Below, in pieces: positions 33,287 through 44,815 of a stretch of DNA of 64,000 nt. The notes under the pieces are model-generated. The model was given only the letters and a program-made list of their open reading frames with translations, had not been told where the DNA came from and made no database searches. The translations under genes were made by a program, and so were the position numbers. The DNA comes from Calditrichia bacterium (GTDB lineage: Bacteria; Calditrichota; Calditrichia; JAJRVZ01), in the NCBI GenBank assembly GCA_963796965.1, contig CAWCNS010000002.1, forward strand, positions 96,001 through 160,000, in the 5' to 3' direction. Position 1 is the first letter of the stretch. Each line of letters opens with the position of its first letter.

Positions 33287-34624
33287 CTATTTTTTAGATT
33301 TCCGCAAATTCTCATCTTCGCTTTGTGCTTCCTGGAGGATGATACCATCGGCAAGAGCACCATTACCCGGGGTGTCTGTAATAACGTGCTCGAATGTTTT
33401 ACGAAATTCCTCCAATGACAGATTGGCTGTGGCCGCATATTTTGCCAACTCGTGCGGATCCTCAAAATCATCTTTACGCAAGCGAATCATATAACGATTG
33501 GCAACATAATAGGACTCTGATTCCGTGTCAACCATTCGTATTTTCATTTTCTTGGTCCTTGGATCGAGAATTTTTTTGAAATACATGGGAACTAGCCGCC
33601 CATCCTGAAATGATATTAACGCACCACTTCCGCCATCCATCAGGAACTTGGCAGCCATAAATCCCAGGTCACGGCAGTATTCCATATCAAAAGGAATCGG
33701 ATCAACGCAACGTAATTCGTAGCCAATGTTTTTTGCTACAATTGTCATTTTGATACCAAATTCTTTTAGACGTTCCTGGACCTTGAATTTCAATAATTCG
33801 CCAAAGTTAATTTCAGCAATCCGAATATTATCATGTTCATCACGCTCAACATCCACAAGATCTTTTAGATCATTTTCATCGAGATGTTCGACCAAGCCCT
33901 CGGCGATAACCGCAACACCATCCGGCCGGCCATAACTGATGCGCTTTATTATTGAGCCAACCAGGATATCAACAATTTTTTGTAGTGGTATTTTCTTCTC
34001 TTTAAACTCTTCCGGGATGAGTGTTATTGTTGCACCGGCTGCTTTTCCGATACCCAGGGCCAGGTGACCTGCCTTTCGGCCCATGGTAATAAGAAAATAC
34101 CAGCGTGTCGTTGTTTTTGCATCCACCATGATGTTTTTGGTGATATCAACGCCCACATGACGGGCTGTCTGAAACCCGAAAGTACAAATGCCATGGGGAA
34201 GATCTAGATCATTATCAATTGTCTTGGGAACATGTGCCACTTGCAAGCGTCCTTCTGCCAGTTCCTGTAACCGGTAAGCAGAATAAGCCGTATCATCTCC
34301 TCCGATGGTGATTAATTTGTCAACATTTAATCGTAGGAGGGACGTGATCGTATTTTCCAAGTGCTTTTTGTCTTTGGTGGGATTGTCCCGGGCAATTCCC
34401 AGATATGAACCACCTCGGAAATGAATACGGCTGACTTTGTCAATTGTCAATGGTATTACATTATCAATATTCGATCTCATTATCCACTTAAAACCGTCGC
34501 GAATCCCAATCACTTCTGCGCCGGATAAAATACTTCTTATTGTTGCTGCTCCGATTACACTGTTTATTCCAGGAGCCGGACCACCCCCTACCAAAATTGC
34601 TACCCGTTTGGGATGATGTGCCAT
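33287..34624 (-). CDS. pfp: Pyrophosphate-dependent phosphofructokinase
   Basis: GGGPAPG, GGDDT and PKTIDND (Asp/Lys signature of the PPi type), MGR, GYELRC. Confidence 0.88.
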   Translation of the reverse strand: MAHHPKRVAILVGGGPAPGINSVIGAATIRSILSGAEVIGIRDGFKWIMRSNIDNVIPLTIDKVSRIHFRGGSYLGIARDNPTKDKKHLENTITSLLRLNVDKLITIGGDDTAYSAYRLQELAEGRLQVAHVPKTIDNDLDLPHGICTFGFQTARHVGVDITKNIMVDAKTTTRWYFLITMGRKAGHLALGIGKAAGATITLIPEEFKEKKIPLQKIVDILVGSIIKRISYGRPDGVAVIAEGLVEHLDENDLKDLVDVERDEHDNIRIAEINFGELLKFKVQERLKEFGIKMTIVAKNIGYELRCVDPIPFDMEYCRDLGFMAAKFLMDGGSGALISFQDGRLVPMYFKKILDPRTKKMKIRMVDTESESYYVANRYMIRLRKDDFEDPHELAKYAATANLSLEEFRKTFEHVITDTPGNGALADGIILQEAQSEDENLRKSKK

Positions 34625-35119
34625 TATTAAACCTCCGTTTCTTTCATCAAACAATATAAGTATTAATATTCATTGAACTTTAATTTTACTCATTTTACTC
34701 AATTCACGCAAGCTTGTTTAGACGTTAATCTCTACAAAATTTATATGATTCTTATCTTTTATTCTCAAATTTTAAGAGATGTAATTAATTGAATATTATC
34801 AAGTTATGGGATTTACATATAATCTTGTTTTAACACCGGGGTCATCCTGAAAGGAGCTTTCCAATCATTGATCTGAAGATTATTCTTCATGAAACAACAC
34901 GGTCAAATAGTCCATTAAAAATAAATTGAACAAATTCAGGTAGAAAAAGGTATAAATTTTAGTTACACCGACAAATAATCCAATGTAACATTGGTGATTG
35001 TATCAGGGGGATTGATCGCTGAGTTGCTTATAAACAGCAAATATTGAATGATTAACCATTACCTACTTGTTTAAAGGATTCAGGTATTTTAATTTTGAAT
35101 TAAACGTGGATATAGCTTT

Positions 35120-37164
<2,045 letters not shown>

Positions 37165-37253
37165 ATAAAAGTTTTATTTTTTCTTTTTCAATGTCAACTT
37201 TAATACGACATATTCGTTATTTTCACCATACATCGCGAATCACAAATCCGCGA

Positions 37254-37718
37254 TCAGGTTAATTCCAATCGGTACACATTAGTCTTTTTTAATTTAAACC
37301 CAAGTGATACATACAGCTGGTTAGCAGCAATTCGTACTGTTGATGAAGTAAGATCAATTTTATCAGTGCCCCTTATTTGTGCTTCTTTAATGGCATATAC
37401 CATCAATTTTCTCCCAACACCTTTTCCCCGGGCCGTTTGATCAACCACCACATCTTCAATGCGGAAATTTAAACCTGTAGGTACTCTAAATGTGGCAAAA
37501 GAAAGTGTACCAATGATCTTTCCAGCCTGGCTATTATCTCTGGCAACGATTAATGTTGAGTTCTCTGATAACAGCATCTCTTTAAACATTTTTGAGGAAA
37601 AATTAAGAGGGCTTTTCGTCAATTGCTTTAGCAATTTATTAACATCATCTAATACAGATTCAGAGTAGGAGGTTACCTCAATAATATCAATTAAATTCGC
37701 TTCATTTCCATCTTTCAT
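37254..37718 (-). CDS. GNAT N-acetyltransferase
   Basis: IEDVVVDQTARGKGVG, LTSS..RIAANQLY..LGF. Confidence 0.9.
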   Translation of the reverse strand: MKDGNEANLIDIIEVTSYSESVLDDVNKLLKQLTKSPLNFSSKMFKEMLLSENSTLIVARDNSQAGKIIGTLSFATFRVPTGLNFRIEDVVVDQTARGKGVGRKLMVYAIKEAQIRGTDKIDLTSSTVRIAANQLYVSLGFKLKKTNVYRLELT

Positions 37719-38713
37719 GCCTCGTCTTCCACTCCTTCTATTAACTTTTTTAAGTGTAATCGTAATTCACGTATATGATCAGGACTTGTCCGGCAACATC
37801 CACCAATTATTCGAGCACCACTCTTAAACCATTTTTCGGCAAGAGAAGCAAATTTAGGTGGATCAGATTCTCCAAGCCATTTTTTTGTTACTGCATCATA
37901 AGATTCACCTGAATTCGGATAGATAATTATTTCCATATGATTTGAAACTGATTTTATTTTTTCTATCAAACCCAGGATATAACGGGGTGCTGTACAATTT
38001 GCGCCAACGGCCAGGACATGTGGATTATCAGAAAAAAGGGAGACAGCAGCATCTATAGGGGAGCCGTCTCTGATATGTTTTTGATCCCGACAAGAGAAAC
38101 TTATCCAGTAGAATTTTTCAGGGTGTTTCATAATCAAATCTTGTAATATTTCCGCTTCCCTATAACTGGGTATTGTTTCACAGGCCAGAATATCAGCCGC
38201 TGATTTTGCCAAAAGGGTAAATCTTTCTTCATGAAATTCTAACAGATCACTTGCTGAAATAGTATATCGTCCATGATACTCTGACCCATCGGCTAAATAG
38301 GCCCCATAAGGACCTATACTGGCGGCGACAAGAGGAGATATCGAATCTATATTATGTTTATCCCTCTCCGAATTAAATCGATCCCTTGCTTCACAGGCAA
38401 TTTCCACAGATTTATTTAATAGAGAAAACGCCTCTTTTTGTGAATAACCAGCTTCTAAAAAGCCCTGAAAACTTCCCTGGTAACTGGCGGTAATGATACA
38501 ATCAGCCCCGGCCAGCAAATAGGCATAATGCACATCAGCTATGGCTTCCGGTTCAGAGTCGAGCAATCGGGCAGACCACAATTGATGGTTTAGATCATGA
38601 CCTCTCTTTTCTAACTCCGTGGCCAATCCACCATCAAGAATTACAAATCCCTGCTTTTTAACAAATTGTGAAAGGGGAGAATAATTTGCAGATTTGTATA
38701 AATTTGGTCCCAA
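37715..38713 (-). CDS. mmuM: Homocysteine S-methyltransferase
   Basis: ILDGGLATELE, ASIGPYGA, GANC, YPNSGE, IGGCCR. Confidence 0.92.
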   Translation of the reverse strand: MGPNLYKSANYSPLSQFVKKQGFVILDGGLATELEKRGHDLNHQLWSARLLDSEPEAIADVHYAYLLAGADCIITASYQGSFQGFLEAGYSQKEAFSLLNKSVEIACEARDRFNSERDKHNIDSISPLVAASIGPYGAYLADGSEYHGRYTISASDLLEFHEERFTLLAKSAADILACETIPSYREAEILQDLIMKHPEKFYWISFSCRDQKHIRDGSPIDAAVSLFSDNPHVLAVGANCTAPRYILGLIEKIKSVSNHMEIIIYPNSGESYDAVTKKWLGESDPPKFASLAEKWFKSGARIIGGCCRTSPDHIRELRLHLKKLIEGVEDEA

Positions 38714-38775
38714 TTCCTCATCCCTAATTACAAATTACAGATTCCATATTTCACTAATATTACTTATATTTAGGC

Positions 38776-39237
38776 ATGAAAAAAAATCTGTTATTTCAGA
38801 TTCTGATTATTTTAGGTATGACAGTTGCCAGTGGATTTTTATTTAACTCCTTTTCAAGCCAGGGCATAAGTCTGATCTATCAGCCATTAGAAGTTAAAGT
38901 TGGCTCACATCTTAATTCTGATGAGACTTATCGTCTCCTGCGTGAGGGCCAGGCATTATTTATCGACTCTCGCTATAAGCTAGATTATCTTATTTCTCAT
39001 ATACCTGGCTCGATAAACATTCCCTCAAATCTCGCGAGGGAAGAATTAATGACAGCATTGGAACCCATTCCCAAAGATAAATTGATCGTTGTTTACTGCA
39101 AAAGTGAAAGTTGTCAATCTTCGCGGCGTTTGGCCGGTCTCATGACCTATCTGGGATTTGAGCGGGTACATGTATACCTGGCAGGATTTGAAGAATGGGT
39201 AACTAAGAAATATCCGGTTGAGAAAGGATCGTACTAA
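38776..39237 (+). CDS. Membrane-anchored rhodanese domain protein
   Basis: FIDSR, HIPGSINIP, VVYC, GFEEW. Confidence 0.85.
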   Translation: MKKNLLFQILIILGMTVASGFLFNSFSSQGISLIYQPLEVKVGSHLNSDETYRLLREGQALFIDSRYKLDYLISHIPGSINIPSNLAREELMTALEPIPKDKLIVVYCKSESCQSSRRLAGLMTYLGFERVHVYLAGFEEWVTKKYPVEKGSY

Positions 39238-39314
39238 TTTATTTCACGTAGAGATAGCAAAAAAAATTGGAGTTACCAGTTACTAATTACTAATTACGAT
39301 AAGTTGACTGAAAC

Positions 39315-39794
39315 ATGATATCTCAATTAAAAACAATAATTAACGCTCTTCGCGAATCTCCATATATTACAACTATTTTCAGATTTATTCTGGGTATTAT
39401 ATTTCTATATGCCAGTTATGATAAGATTTTAGATCCTGGCTCATTTGCAATTGCCGTTCAGAACTACAAGTTAATTCCAATGTCTCTATCAAATATAGTA
39501 GCGATTTTTCTCCCCTGGTGTGAGTTCTATTCTGCTGTTTTATTGATATTCGGATGGTGGCATAAACCAGCGGCACTGCTTGTATCAGTCATGAATATTA
39601 CTTTCATTGTAGCATTATCCCTCGCATATTTACGTGGATTAGATATTGATTGTGGGTGTTTTGGAACCGACAGTTCTGTGAGCATTCAAAGGATTGTGGA
39701 AGATATCATCTTACTTTCCTTTTCGCTGCACATATACTTAAAGCCAAATTCGAAATTCGCATTAGAAAATCTTTTCAAGAATCGCGGATCTTAA
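39315..39794 (+). CDS. MauE/DoxX family membrane protein
   Basis: RFILGIIFLYASYDKI, LPWCE, RGLDIDCGCFG. Confidence 0.88.
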   Translation: MISQLKTIINALRESPYITTIFRFILGIIFLYASYDKILDPGSFAIAVQNYKLIPMSLSNIVAIFLPWCEFYSAVLLIFGWWHKPAALLVSVMNITFIVALSLAYLRGLDIDCGCFGTDSSVSIQRIVEDIILLSFSLHIYLKPNSKFALENLFKNRGS

Positions 39795-39795
39795 A

Positions 39796-42700
39796 TTACT
39801 CAAAAATCTGCCTTAGCATTAATTCCTGTTCTGCCAGATGTAATTGAAAACTTCCCGCAGCAGGACTGGCACTGGGAAGCCGCCCTACAAAGTCGATTGT
39901 TTTTGATTTTGGTAATATCTTTTGAAATCTTTCCAAAACAAAATTCCAAGGTCCCATATTTCGTGGTTCTTCCTGCACCCATAAGAGATTTTTAGTCTCT
40001 TTATATTTGATCAGAATTTTTTGCACCTGATCAAAGGGAAATGGGTACAACTGCTCGAGGCGAATAATAATCGTGTTTTTTATCTCCTTCTCTTTGCGAT
40101 AGATAAATAGATCATGGGCAATCTTTCCTGAACAAAAGATTACTTTATCAACTTTTGATGGTGGATCCGGATCCTCAAGAATCACCTCAAAGGATCCATC
40201 TAACAATTCATCCCGACGACTCTTAATCGCATCAGCACGCAGCAGGCTTTTTGGCGTTAAGACAACCAATGGATTTATTTTCTCTCTTTTTGCCTGATTT
40301 CTGAGCAAATGAAAATACTGGGCAGAAGTTGTGGGAATCGTAACCCGCATATTATCTTCTGCACAGAGGGTCAAAAATCTTTCGACGCGGGAGCTGGAGT
40401 GTTCAGGTCCCTGCCCTTCGAATCCATGAGGAAGGAGAAGTATAAGACGAGCCGTTTGCCCCCATTTATCTTCTGCAGATGATATAAATTGATCTATTAT
40501 AATTTGAGCACCATTCACAAAATCACCGAATTGAGCCTCCCAAAGGACCAGAGCATTTTTTCGGCTGAACGAATAGCCATATTCGAATCCAAGAGCAGCA
40601 TATTCACTCAGGAGGCTGTCATATATCATAGCCTTTTCCTGCCCATCCTCTATATGATTGAGAGGTAGATACTCATCCATAGTAAGATAGTCAACCAGAA
40701 CTGAATGACGCTGGCTAAAGGTTCCCCTACGCGAATCCTGTCCAGCTAGCCGTATCGGAACTTTTTCTAAAAGGACTGATCCAAAGGCCATTGCTTCGGC
40801 AAGCGACCAATCTATGGCATCTTTTTCTAACATTTGACGACGGGCCAGAATTTGTTTTTTTAATTTTGGGTGAACGGTAAAATCTTCGGGAAACGTTATC
40901 AGGGCGTTGATTATTCTCTCCATCGTTTTCGCAGTAATGCCCGTTTTTATCGGGATATCTGGCTTTACAAGCGTTATAGATTCGGGTACGTTGATTTCCG
41001 GAGGTGCACTATCACGTGTGTCTTCAAATGCCGAATCTAATATCTTCTTATACTGATCGAGGGAATCTTCTGCTTCTTTTAATGTTAAATCACCACGGTT
41101 GACCAAAGATTCTGTATAGAGCTTTCTAATCGATCTCTTTTCTTTTATTTGAGCATACATCCTGGGTTGTGTATAGCTCGGTTCGTCACCTTCATTGTGT
41201 CCATGGCGTCTATAGCAAATGATATCAATAACCACATCTTTTTTGAATTTTTTTCTGTATTCAAAAGCTAATTCCATAACATGAACACAAGCTTCCGGAT
41301 CTTCCCCGTTTACATGAAATATCGGCGCCTGAACCATTCTGGCCACATCCGTCGCATAAACACTTGATCTGGCATCGCTGGGGGAGGTGGTAAACCCTAT
41401 ACTATTATTAACAACCACATGTATCGTTCCTCCCGTATTATATCCATGAAGAGCACTCAAATTAAATGTTTCAGCGACCACCCCTTGTCCGGCAAAGGCA
41501 GCATCTCCATGAACCAAAACGGCCATTACCCTGTTATGCCCTGTATCAGCAATTTCATCCTGACGCGCCCTGGTCATACCCTCAACTACAGGGTTTACGG
41601 CTTCCAGGTGACTAGGATTTGAGGCCATTATTACTTTGACTTTGCGACCATTTGGATGCTCATGAACACCCTCGGCACCCAAATGATATTTCACATCTCC
41701 AGAACCATGCTCGGTTTCCGGATCAATATCACCTTCAAATTCCCGAAAAATCTTCTTGTAAGCTTTTTGCAGGATGTTAGCCAGAACATTAAGACGACCG
41801 CGGTGAGACATCCCCAGGACAACTTCCTGAACATTATTTTCTACCGCTTTATTAAGCATATGATTAAGAACCGGAATTAAGGTCTCTGCTCCTTCAAGAC
41901 TAAATCGTTTATGTCCCACATATTTTGTGTGTAAAAAATTTTCAAATGCCTCGGCTGTATTGAGCATAAGCAGAATAGTACGTTTATCATCATTATTAAG
42001 CCATCTCGTTCTGGGAACTCCCTCAATCCTGCTCTGGATCCATTGCTTCTGATCCGGTTCCTGAATATGCATATACTCAACACCTATTGTGCGGAAATAG
42101 GCTTCACGAAGTATATCGAGTATTTCACGTAGAGTTAGCTTTGAATGTCCGGCTAATCCCTGAGCATAAAATTGACGATCATAATCCCAGATACTTAAAC
42201 CATATTTTTCAGGATCCAACTCCGAATGAGTTCTGACATCAATGTTCAAGGGATTCACATCAGCAATTAAATGCCCCCTCACCCTGGCCATGTTAATTAT
42301 TCTCTGCACATCAGCTTGTTTATCAAAAAAAGCCTTATTATCACCATCTTGATCAAACAATGGGTTAATATCCCGCTTAAGCTCCAATGAACGCTGTGGA
42401 ATTGCCAAACTTCTAAATATAACATCATAAAAATCTTCTTCCCCTGCCAGAAGACGGTGAATTAGCTGAAGGAACAATCCACTTTCAGCTCCCTGTATAA
42501 CACGATGATCATAAGTACAGGTCATGGTCATGACCTTACTCAGGCCTAGTCTGGCAACGATTGAAGGATCAGCTGATAGGTATTCAATTGGATAATCGAT
42601 CGCACCCGTAGCGATGATACAGCTCTGTCCGGTCATTAATCGTGGTACAGAATGAACCGTGCCTATTGTTCCCGGATTGGTAAGAGATACCGATGTTCCC

Positions 42701-43356
42701 ATAAAATCATCGGGTTCAATCTTATTTGTTTTCACTTTCCTGATCATTTCATTATAAGCAGTAAAAAAGCCCTTAAAGTCGAGCAGATCAGACTCTTTTA
42801 TATTTGGGACTAACAGCGAACGGCTACCATCTTTACGCTCCACATCAACCGCTAATCCAAAATTTATATGCTTTTGGCGTACCTTGTGTGGCTCGCCATC
42901 AATCTCCATATAAGCAGTAGTTAAAGCGGGCATCTTTTTTAATGATTCCAGTATCGCCCAGGCAATAATATGTGTAAAGCTTACCTTTCCACCTTTGGTG
43001 GCAGAAAGATGCTGGTTTATGATTCTTCTGTTTTCTTCTAAGACACGTACCGGTATAATTCTCGTTGACGTAGCTGTGGGTACAGTTAGACTCGTTTCCA
43101 TATTTTCAACGATACGTGCAGCAAAACCCCTCAGAGGTTCGATATCCATATCCAGGTTCTGGGGTTTTTGTTCAATATCTGGCTTTTTTTCTTCTTCTTT
43201 GGGAACTGGCGGTATCACCGTGGTTGGAGAATATCCCTTGAAAAAGTCACGCCAACTATCGGCGACCTGTTCAGGAGATTCTTTAAATTGACGATACATC
43301 TCATCAATAAGCCATACATTTGGCCCGAAATAATTTTCTTCTTTTTTATCAGACAT
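39796..43356 (-). CDS. kgd: Multifunctional 2-oxoglutarate dehydrogenase E1 with fused acyltransferase domain (Kgd/OdhA type)
   Basis: N-terminal FGPNVWLIDEMY, E2-like TYDHRVIQGAESG, ThDP motif HGDAAF...NN, GPEHSS. Confidence 0.9.
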   Translation of the reverse strand: MSDKKEENYFGPNVWLIDEMYRQFKESPEQVADSWRDFFKGYSPTTVIPPVPKEEEKKPDIEQKPQNLDMDIEPLRGFAARIVENMETSLTVPTATSTRIIPVRVLEENRRIINQHLSATKGGKVSFTHIIAWAILESLKKMPALTTAYMEIDGEPHKVRQKHINFGLAVDVERKDGSRSLLVPNIKESDLLDFKGFFTAYNEMIRKVKTNKIEPDDFMGTSVSLTNPGTIGTVHSVPRLMTGQSCIIATGAIDYPIEYLSADPSIVARLGLSKVMTMTCTYDHRVIQGAESGLFLQLIHRLLAGEEDFYDVIFRSLAIPQRSLELKRDINPLFDQDGDNKAFFDKQADVQRIINMARVRGHLIADVNPLNIDVRTHSELDPEKYGLSIWDYDRQFYAQGLAGHSKLTLREILDILREAYFRTIGVEYMHIQEPDQKQWIQSRIEGVPRTRWLNNDDKRTILLMLNTAEAFENFLHTKYVGHKRFSLEGAETLIPVLNHMLNKAVENNVQEVVLGMSHRGRLNVLANILQKAYKKIFREFEGDIDPETEHGSGDVKYHLGAEGVHEHPNGRKVKVIMASNPSHLEAVNPVVEGMTRARQDEIADTGHNRVMAVLVHGDAAFAGQGVVAETFNLSALHGYNTGGTIHVVVNNSIGFTTSPSDARSSVYATDVARMVQAPIFHVNGEDPEACVHVMELAFEYRKKFKKDVVIDIICYRRHGHNEGDEPSYTQPRMYAQIKEKRSIRKLYTESLVNRGDLTLKEAEDSLDQYKKILDSAFEDTRDSAPPEINVPESITLVKPDIPIKTGITAKTMERIINALITFPEDFTVHPKLKKQILARRQMLEKDAIDWSLAEAMAFGSVLLEKVPIRLAGQDSRRGTFSQRHSVLVDYLTMDEYLPLNHIEDGQEKAMIYDSLLSEYAALGFEYGYSFSRKNALVLWEAQFGDFVNGAQIIIDQFISSAEDKWGQTARLILLLPHGFEGQGPEHSSSRVERFLTLCAEDNMRVTIPTTSAQYFHLLRNQAKREKINPLVVLTPKSLLRADAIKSRRDELLDGSFEVILEDPDPPSKVDKVIFCSGKIAHDLFIYRKEKEIKNTIIIRLEQLYPFPFDQVQKILIKYKETKNLLWVQEEPRNMGPWNFVLERFQKILPKSKTIDFVGRLPSASPAAGSFQLHLAEQELMLRQIFE

Positions 43357-43738
43357 GATTGAATTTTACTCTATTATTATAGTTGTTGTTTACTCAACCC
43401 TGGGTAATGGGTACTTTACTGTGTACTGGTATAAAAGTTTTGTCCGCCGCTCTAAGATGTCAAGTCTTTTTTCAACTATTACCGACCTTATAAATCAAGT
43501 TTCTGTTGCAGATATTCACTAATCTATCAACAAGTTCCAAGAACCAAATTTCTCCACAAAACTAATCTAATCAGACAGATATTCCGCATTTGAGACTGTT
43601 ATAACTAAAGGTCTGCACATAAATTAACCCAATTTTGTAATCAATCCAACAAATAAACAATATCACGGGCATCCTTTGGGAGATAAATACACGTAAACTT
43701 GGTTAAAAAAGAAAACAGTTTAACTATGCGAGGTCGTA

Positions 43739-44650
43739 ATGCAGAAGAAAAGCATTTTGCTAGTGAAAATATTTTTTATTCTATTTTTATTTGTCCACTC
43801 ATCGGGATATGCCGGTGCCTGGACCCAACAAAAAAACAAATATTTTATGCGTATTTACAGCAGTTATCTTTTTGCAACTAAAGAATTCAATTATCGGGGT
43901 GATCAGCTTGATCTCTATGAAGAGCACCTCGGTTATTCTAATGCCTATTTTAGGAATATCAGTTTCATCGTGTACACAGAATATGGATTAAGTGACGCCT
44001 TTACCCTTATGGCTGAACTTCCATTTACATCTATGACCACTAAGAGAACCATTTCATCTTACTATGGCCGTGATGAGATCGCCACCACCAGTGGTTTTAC
44101 TGATCTTCGGTTATCGGGAAAATTAGGTGTTTTTGACGGACCACTGGTTATATCCGTTCAGGGCGGGATTATGATTCCCATGGGATATTCAACGGAACCG
44201 AGTAACAACGGTCCTCGTCTGGGAAGCGGAGAGGTTAATTATGAGGGACATTTACTCCTAGGCTCCAGTTTTTATCCCCTGCCCATGTATTTTTCGGGAA
44301 GTGTGGGATTTCGCCATCGCAATGGTCTTTTACACGATGAAATAATATTTACCGGAGAACTTGGACTCACCTTTGGACGATTCTTTTTTAAAACCTATCT
44401 GGAAGTGCTAAGAAATGTTGTCACCCCACCGGATATTTATGGACAACGTATAGAGACACCGTTACCAGGCGGCGGTGGTGTTGTTCCGGATGTATTAATT
44501 GGAGATCAGCATTTGACGAAAATCATTCCATCGCTTTCCTATCAGGTAAGTAAAATATTGGCACTCCAGGTAGAAGTAATCCAACCGATGGCAGGAACAA
44601 ATACTCTGAATGGTATAACCTATTCCTTTGGGATTGTATTAACCAACTAG
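43739..44650 (+). CDS. Exported hypothetical protein, probable outer-membrane beta-barrel
   Basis: Signal peptide ending YA/GAWTQ; amphipathic strands (YTEYGLSD, YSFGI). Confidence 0.6.
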   Translation: MQKKSILLVKIFFILFLFVHSSGYAGAWTQQKNKYFMRIYSSYLFATKEFNYRGDQLDLYEEHLGYSNAYFRNISFIVYTEYGLSDAFTLMAELPFTSMTTKRTISSYYGRDEIATTSGFTDLRLSGKLGVFDGPLVISVQGGIMIPMGYSTEPSNNGPRLGSGEVNYEGHLLLGSSFYPLPMYFSGSVGFRHRNGLLHDEIIFTGELGLTFGRFFFKTYLEVLRNVVTPPDIYGQRIETPLPGGGGVVPDVLIGDQHLTKIIPSLSYQVSKILALQVEVIQPMAGTNTLNGITYSFGIVLTN

Positions 44651-44815
44651 TTTATTTGCCCCTCTACACCCCTTGGATGGAAATATTTCTGAAAAATATC
44701 TCTAATCCATAGCCCCAGGAGATCGATACATTTCCTCCCAATAAATTAATTACATTTACGGGAATATCTTTTATATTTTGAGCGTTTTGACCGTTATTAA
44801 ATAAGGAATTGTTTT

